This document shows, piece by piece, positions 55,694-64,000 of a DNA stretch of 64,000 nt (positions within the stretch are counted from its first letter, which is position 1; every line of letters begins with the position of its first letter). A model generated the notes under the pieces. It did no database searches and was not told the DNA's origin. It saw only the letters and a list, made by a program, of their open reading frames with translations. Where the stretch lies: assembly GCA_039096225.1 (NCBI GenBank), contig JBBPEB010000032.1:806001-870000 (forward strand). The letters run 5' to 3'. The position numbers and the translations under genes were made by a program. The stretch comes from Blastocystis sp. Blastoise (Eukaryota > Protista > Bigyra: Opalinata).

Positions 55694-56063
55694 TGTGATA
55701 TTTCTACAACAAAAAGTTAAAGTCCATTTTTTTTATAGGAAAACGATGGTTTCTGTGTTTCAATGTCATTTTTTTGATAGATATTACAGGATCATTGATA
55801 TTTAAAACTCAAAAGTATTTTAATTCATTAGATTAAAGTAGTACACAACTATTTGTAAATAATTTAACAATTAAGAACGAAATGATTCAAATTGAACCAA
55901 AAAGGAATTAATCAATATATACATAAAATTTCTACTAGTTTACAAGAAGAAAGAACTCTCTATATGAATAGTGTATATCGGATAATGAATGATAGAAAAA
56001 GTGAAAAATATGAAAAATATATATATCTATAATATATAGAGATGTAAAAGAGAATCAAATTAT

Positions 56064-56332
56064 TTATCTTCTTGCTTCGTAAAGAGCAACACATGAAACA
56101 GCCTATACATATAAGAAGAATAAGAAGAATATGAAATATATGAGAGTAAATAGAATTATGAATAAGAATTATGAGAATTAATAGAATTAATAGAATAAAA
56201 TAAATAGAATCAGTATAGTATAATAAATAGACTTATGAACAAGAATCACAATACTTTTTCATGTCCCAAATAATGACGAAGTGTTTTGGCGGATGATAAA
56301 TCCCAAAGGCGGGCAGTCTGATCTGAAGAAGC

Positions 56333-56365
<33 letters not shown>

Positions 56366-56407
56366 TATTCATGAATATAATTAGAATAAGAGCAATAGTA
56401 AAAAGGA

Positions 56408-56446
<39 letters not shown>

Positions 56447-56690
56447 AGTGACAAGCATTTTACTATCTGATGAAAAAGAGCAATCCCAAACATATTTCTA
56501 TATATATATATATATAATAATAATAATATGTATAATAATAATAATAAGTATAATTATATGTATATATATATATATACCTCATGTCCATAGAGAATGGATG
56601 TGTTTTCGAGTGTGTCACTATCCCATATCTTAACGGATTGGTCAGCAGAAGTCGTACAGAGGAGTCTAAATTGGAGGGAAAATAAAGCGG

Positions 56691-56762
<72 letters not shown>

Positions 56763-56841
56763 TTGGAGTTAGGACTGAATTTACAATTTAATATATATTT
56801 ATTATGACCGTCAATCACTTTTTCAGGTATTAATTCATGCT

Positions 56842-56879
<38 letters not shown>

Positions 56880-58009
56880 ATTATTATACTCATTATATGA
56901 CCATTTATATATATTTCCTTTTTTATTACAAGCCACAAACTATATATATAAACATGTATATATATATATATAAACATGTATATATATATATATATACATG
57001 TTTTCCATTAGGAGAAATAGCACAGCAGTGTATAGGAGTGTGAAATGAAGGACACTATATAGATATATATATATATATAGTAACATAGACACAGTAGCAA
57101 TATATAATCATAAACATAAATAAACAATAATAAATATAAAATAAACATATAATAAACATATAATAAACATATAATAAATATATAATCCATATATATACAA
57201 GTTGAAGCCTGCAGGTAGAAGTCAATAGGTCCCACACTCGTATATATCCTTCTTCATCTACCGATATCAACTCACTCTATATATATATATAGATCTGAAG
57301 ATATATATCAATAATATAATATAAGTAGAATCAATATAAATTGATTATATATATAACTATTAAACGCACATATTAATAATAATAAAAACATTAATATATA
57401 TATATATATATTTACCTGATCTGGATTCAAAGAAACATCATTGACGCAAAATGAATTCGAAAAATTACGAATGTATCCTGTTGTTCTAAAAAACAATACA
57501 TATACATATATAAATAAAAAAATATTAAAAAAAGAAATTAAACTAAAATAATAACTATTATTATACCGAATATCCCAGATTTTGATAGTTGTATCTTCAG
57601 AACCTGTATATATCCACTTTGTTTCTTTATTGAATCCAACAGTACATATGCCTGCCTTATGATCCTCACGACTGAATATCTATTTTAATAATTTTAATAA
57701 AATCCACATAAATATTCTTTTAAAATATGCATACTTCATTAGCTTTGATTGTTTCTGCATCGTATACCTTCAATGTACGTATACCTCCAGCAGCTAAATA
57801 TCTTCCATCAGAAGAAATAGCAATTGTATTAACAGGCTATTTGAATAATATATCAATAGTATCTAAAATAGGCATACTGAAGGTTGTTTCTTCGTTACAG
57901 ACTTTTCATCAAACTTAATAGTACGAGTTGTATGGCCGCCAGAAGCATCCCAGAAACGAATCGTACTATCGTAACTTCCTGTGACAAGATGAACACCGTT
58001 TGAAGGCAT
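56064..58009 (-). CDS. LST8: TOR complex subunit LST8 (WD40), multi-exon
   Basis: [82 protein letters not shown]. Confidence 0.9.
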
Positions 58010-58260
58010 TTTGACTCAAGCAATTAGATTTTAAACAAAAATCTCAGTGATAACAGAGACTAAATATCTTTCAAACGAAAAACAAAAAAAAACTCGAATC
58101 TTTTTGAATTTTCTACTTACTAAATGGAATTAATCATGAAATTCTTTTGATTAAACAATTCTTACATAACTTCTTCTTTTGAATACTACACTATATAAAG
58201 TATGTGACTTAATACTTTATTCATTTTTTATATTAGTATTTGTCTTTAGAAAACAAAAAA

Positions 58261-59794
58261 ATGAGTTTCTGGAATATAGCACATCTGATTACACAAAACT
58301 TTAATTCAATAGTTACAAATCTAATTGATTCAAATAATAATGAAGAAGGTGCTCTGAATGATTTCAAAACATACTGGACTTCTTTTAAAGATTGTATAGT
58401 AGAATTAAAGCAAAAAGAAAATGAATTACCTGCTGATTGGGAGAAACAAACTCCTGCATCTTCTTATCTTGGAGACATGTTCCGTATCATGCTTGAAGAA
58501 GAAAGTCGTGCTATGGCTAAACGAAAGACTGGTGAACCTCCAGTAGAAGCTGGTTTATGTTTAGAATATTTCCTTCAAAACAAAGTAATGGATGAATTAT
58601 CCCAATATGCTATCGATAATAATCCAAAAGGTGTTACAAATATTGTCATTGAACAATTAACGATGCTCTTTAAAAAACTTCGATATTCATTATTATCTAG
58701 TAATAAAGTTCATGAATGTATTTCTAAATTGATTGATTATTGTGTTAATTTATATTTAACTGAAAATATTGACAAAGAATTTGAAAAGAATATTATTTTC
58801 TTTATTCAAGTATATATATGTTGTTATAATTTTTTGATTGATTTTATTATTATTATTATAACTTATAATAATCATATAAAAACTAATAATAATATTTCTT
58901 CCCCTCTATATCTATATATAGGTGATATGTGATAAAGTGAGTGAGAATCCATTAATGATTAACTTCTTCTTCCATCAGGGTGACGACAAGATCTCTACCT
59001 CTTTTCCTCTCGTTGAACCTCTACTCTCTCATATGTATATATATTTATTTATATATTATTATATATTTATTAATATATTTATTATTATTTATTAATATAT
59101 TTATTATTAATATATATTTATTATTATCTTATTCATAATTACAGATATAATGTTACTTCTCTTGGTTTAACTGCTCGAAAGACAATTCTCCTCTTAGCTG
59201 CATTCCCTGACACACAATTATCTGTGTTCCTCGCCACTAAAACACAATTACCGAAATATCTATCTCTTGGTTTATTAGATATCGTTCAACAAGTTGGGGA
59301 TTTATCTTTCAATTCCCGCGGGGATCCTGAATATGCCAATAAAGAACAAGAATCGATATTATCCACTTTTCAAAATCGTGTTATTTTCATTAGTGAGTTA
59401 TTATCAATATGTGAAAGTACAGCCATGTATAAAGAAGAAGGAACAGAAGAAGAAAAACGTGTATTATTATATGCCATTTTAAAAGCTATTTGGACCAATG
59501 TATTGAATGATCACGTTAAAACTGAATTACTTGCTGTACAGTATATAATCTTTTTATTAATATTTTATTTATATGTATAATCATTTATTATTTGATTATT
59601 TATATATATATATGTAGATTTTATTTCTTATATATATATGTTATTTATATATTATATGTATCTATATATATATATAGTAATGTTCGTATTGAGCATGCTA
59701 CTTATACTCTGAATGCCCTCTTCAAACTACTTCGCAATTCCAATAGTCCTCTCACCTCCATTCTTTTAGAATTCTTATTCAAGAATCCAGTATA

Positions 59795-59845
<51 letters not shown>

Positions 59846-60376
59846 GTTTATTATGTTTATTATGTTTATTATGTTTATTATTATGTTTATTATTATTATT
59901 ATGTTTATTATTATTATATTATATCCCCTAAGTATGATTACCCTATATATATAAATAGGAGGATACAGGATTATTAACGGATTCCTTAGTAAATCGTATA
60001 GACGCCGTCGGGGAGTCAATATCGATTTCTACTATGCAGTTATTCTCCACTGTACTACAACTACAACATCCTTTCGTATTCAAATATCTCATCAATTTCA
60101 ATGAAGGTATATATATATATATATATATAGTTATATATTATTTATATCATTTATTTCTATAGATAATGCACAATCAAGTGTACAAGGTATATATATATAT
60201 ATATATATTTCTTATCTTCTATATAGATCCTTCTTCATTCACACGTACCTCTTTCCTTTCCCGCCTTTCTCTCCCGCCATCTTCCATCAATCCCTCAATG
60301 ACGACCACAGATATTGATGCTCCATCAGCCAATCAAATCACAGCCCTCTCTGTACTTAACGCTGACACTACTAATG

Positions 60377-60413
<37 letters not shown>

Positions 60414-60936
60414 TAATAATAATACCAAAGAAGTATCTGATGACAAGAAGAATTCTGATAATACAAATATTACTGATGAGAAGAATGAATCAATTCAGTA
60501 TATTCCAACCAATTTCAGTCAATTGAATCCCTCTGAATTTGCTTCTTATCTTAAAGATGCTGAATATAAATATACATTCTTAGAATTAGAACATTCTCGA
60601 AAGAATAAGGATTATGTTCTTTATGCTCCTCACTTCGCTACTTCAATAGAACAAAATCAGTCTGACAATCAATCTACTTTAAGCCAGAAGTTCCTTCAAG
60701 TTCTCTGTAACCGTCTCTCTCGTTCCCTCAGACAATCTTGTCAACTTAACTTGGAAGTCTCAAATCTTCTCTCTCTCCTTACTTATATTCTCTCTGAATC
60801 TCAACTCTATTATATATATGTAGTTAATGATGAATATCATATATCTATTACAAATATACTCAGAACTGTATTTATTTACATATATATATATATAATATTT
60901 TTATTCTTATATATATTTAGTGTTTATATTTATATT

Positions 60937-60988
<52 letters not shown>

Positions 60989-61450
60989 TCTTAGAGGAGA
61001 CAGTTCACAGTAGTACACAATATACTGGATATGATAAGTATCTTCTCTATACACGTCAATCCCTCCATATTGTAAATACAAAGGAATTCCTTCCTATTGA
61101 CCAACCCTTGGCGAACCATGCATTCACTATAGCGCTACAAGGGTATATACATATATAAATATACTCTATTACTTCATATATATATCTCATTAATGTATAT
61201 ACTTTTTATATACATACTCTAATAATATATGAAAACTCTTAATCAATTCTTCTCTATTTCTTTATATACTCTGTCAAAATATATAAAAATTCTATCAATT
61301 CTACTTCATTTCTTTATATACTCTATTAATATATATAAAACTCTTAATCAATTCAATCTCTATAGACATGCTGTTATTGAAGAATTTATTAAGGAATTAG
61401 CGTCTATTCTTCAAGTTCGAGAAAACTATGAAATAATGTCTATCGAATAA
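58261..61450 (+). CDS. FHIP/FAM160 (FTS-Hook interacting, RAI16-like) protein, multi-exon
   Basis: GLCLEYFLQNKVMDELSQYAIDNNPKG and C-terminal HAVIEEFIKELASIL are FAM160-family motifs. Confidence 0.8.
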
Positions 61451-61707
61451 GCAATCATATTTATTTAATACTTTTTCATCTTTTTTTCATTTTTCTTATT
61501 ATTCATACTGTCATATTCACACATTATATTTAAATTATTTCAGGTGGTATTGTTTGGTTGTGGATAATATATATATATATATATTCTATGACATTATCTG
61601 AAACTAATAAAATAACTAATAAAAAGTTGTATATCGTGATTCTATTACAAATAAGCTAAACACAATCAAACCAGTTTCTTATGTGTTATACATCAAAAAC
61701 AAATTGT

Positions 61708-62541
61708 TTACCAGATGGAACTAGCAGCAGAAGCGACTTTAGGCCATAAATCAGCAGCTTCCTTGGCAACAGGTCCAGTAATACCAGATCCCTTCATTTC
61801 ACCCTTAGGGTTGACGACGACACCAGCGTTATCTATATTTATATTAATATTTAATTATATTCTTATTATATTAATATTATAATAAATAATATAATTAATA
61901 TTGAAATATCATTATAAAATAGAGAATAATTTTGAATATAAAAAAAATTGTTGAAAAAAGTCTATATTCATTCATATATGTTAATCAAATTGAACTTTTC
62001 AAAAACATAATGAAATTGATATTGCTTTCCAATAACTATAAATAATATTAATAAATGTAAAATACCTTCGAAATAAAGATAAACACCGTTCTTTCTTCTC
62101 CAGGATTTACGTTGTCTAACGACAAGAGCAGGAGTAACCATATAAAAATATCACACATAAATAGTTTAATATGTAATTACGAACAAAAATAAGCATATAA
62201 AAAATAGGAAGATAGATTTCTTCTTATAAAGAACTCAAAAAAAAAGAAAATATAAATAAAAGGAGTAACCTTCTTACGAAGTTCGGGAGAACCCTTCTTG
62301 ACAGAAGCCATGAACATATCACCGACAGAGGCGGAAGGAAGCATGTTAAGTGTACCCTTGACACCAGTAACGGAAATGACATAGAGATTCTTGGCACCAG
62401 TGTTATCAGCACAATTTAAGATAGCACAGTTGGGTAAACCAAGAGTAGTTCTGAATTTTTGACCAGTAGCACCAGCACGACCACGACATAATATTACCTA
62501 CAAACAAGTAATTAAGCAAACATACCACGTTTAGAAGACAT
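61708..62541 (-). CDS. RPL23: 60S ribosomal protein L23 (uL14), 4 exons
   Basis: [22 protein letters not shown]...[12 protein letters not shown]...[76 protein letters not shown]. Confidence 0.95.
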
Positions 62542-63004
62542 TGTTATGTATTACACAGAAACTATGGAAAAGTAATAAAAGGTTTTTCTTATAATTTTTC
62601 TTAGAAGTCATTCAACAAATTTTGAGAAAGAGATGGCCCTTTTTAGAACTTATATACCTTTTATTACTATAGAATTAGGATCCATATATTCTTTTTGTAG
62701 GGAATTATTTAGGGTCCCTCCTCTTGTATAAGAATAGTGCCAAAAAGAAAGCAGTTTCATGGTTATTCATTTTTAAGCCTAAAAACCGAAGAAAACAAAT
62801 TGGACTTTTTTTGAAAAACCATGGTTTTTTTACAATTCCTAAAAAGTGGGCATTACCCAGAAAAGACATATTCCATGATTATATTAAAAATGTATTGAAA
62901 TAAATACTGTTTTCCTTAATTATTTCTGTTTGGTCTTTAAAGAACAATAATTATTTATAGATACATGATTTGGAATAGTTAAGTACTAAGTTATTAATCC
63001 TGTA

Positions 63005-63867
63005 ATGAATGCCAAAGAGAAAGAAAAAATTGATAAATTTTATGCAATTATTGATGGAATTAATTCTGAAAACCAAGTAGTTCCAGAGATAAAGGTATGT
63101 TTTCTAATATTTACTATTATAATATGATCATTTATAGCCTTATCAAAGTAAAAGAAAAACAAAAGATGCTAAGAATGGTGTGTCTAGTGATGAAGATAGC
63201 GATTCTGATGTTGAAATACCGATATCTTTGCCTTTGACTTCAACTGAAGAAAATGAAACCGTAGAAAACATGGAGACGAGTCATATTCAGCAATGTGTTG
63301 AAATCGAAGAAAAAAACAATACCAATTCGACTAATAATGAGGTAAAGAATACAGATGTTGATGAAGAATTAAAAAAAGAAATCGTTTTATCCATACGAGA
63401 AAAACTGAAGAAGAAAAATAAAGATAAATTACAAAAATAGTATCTATCTCCAATTAGTGACTCTATCCTTTTACTTATATTAATTATGATTCAATATTAT
63501 GAATACTTTCATTTTGTCTATCATTTTATATATATATATATAGTAAGCCTGTATTACCCGAAAAGCATTTCGTTGACCCGCTAAGTAAATTAGATGTGGA
63601 TGAACAAAAAAGAATACAAAAAGAAGCTCCAAAAGTCACTTTTTCTAGAATAGGATATGGAGTGACTAAAGAGCAAGCACAGAAAGCACAAGAATACACA
63701 CAGAGAAAGTATGTTTCATTGATATTTATGTTTATAATCATATAACGGTTTAAGTGTACATAAATTAATATTTATTTTCCTTATTTTTTTTTAATATTTT
63801 TTTGTTTAGAATGATGCAAAGAATGTGTGGAAGAGATTGGAGACAGAATAATCAAAGGAGGCGCTAG
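63005..63867 (+). CDS. hypothetical charged protein, 4 exons
   Basis: ATG at 63005; GT-AG exons join in frame to ...MMQRMCGRDWRQNNQRRR* (TAG 63865-63867). Confidence 0.6.
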
Positions 63868-64000
63868 TATTATGAAATTATTAACAAAATTCTATTCATT
63901 TTTCCATTTCTCTTTTTTAATCACTTTTCTCCTTTTCAAATTACTTTTATGAAAATACTTAGATACTTTTAAATAGGTTATATTTCTAAAATACCATTTT

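Noticed and set aside
61833-62065. snoRNA in RPL23 intron 3
   Set aside because: The intron is more complex than usual, but I could not establish convincing C/D or H/ACA boxes and hairpins by eye.

Overview
Very AT-rich, gene-dense, intron-rich eukaryotic DNA using the standard code (genes end in genomic TAA/TAG). Several traits point to a Blastocystis-like stramenopile, which is inference and not an identification: TGTTTGTT-type 3' elements, AT-AC introns, a complex I assembly factor and a bacterial-type MATE. About 20 protein genes were reconstructed by hand: BRAP, an EF-hand protein, a HAD/PUDP-like phosphatase, SEC8, MATE, NDUFAF6, USP, COG7, a NAK kinase, a Pam18-like J protein, a GT31, DDA1, a DENN protein, a TKL kinase, LST8, FHIP, RPL23 and three hypotheticals. 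Most ORF-track entries are artefacts of intronic microsatellites. Main find: the apparent gene desert at about 9-17.6 kb is the last intron (8676 nt) of the HAD gene, filled by an 8547-bp CACTA-type element (15-bp TIRs, AGA target-site duplication) in which I see no transposase. Its cargo looks non-coding: spliced-looking islands, a ~3.9-kb purine/pyrimidine-asymmetric tract, and a fully paired but non-canonical tRNA-like cloverleaf at the end of that tract. Also found: three phase-0 AT-AC (U12-type) introns and two apparent GT-TG introns in RPL23.
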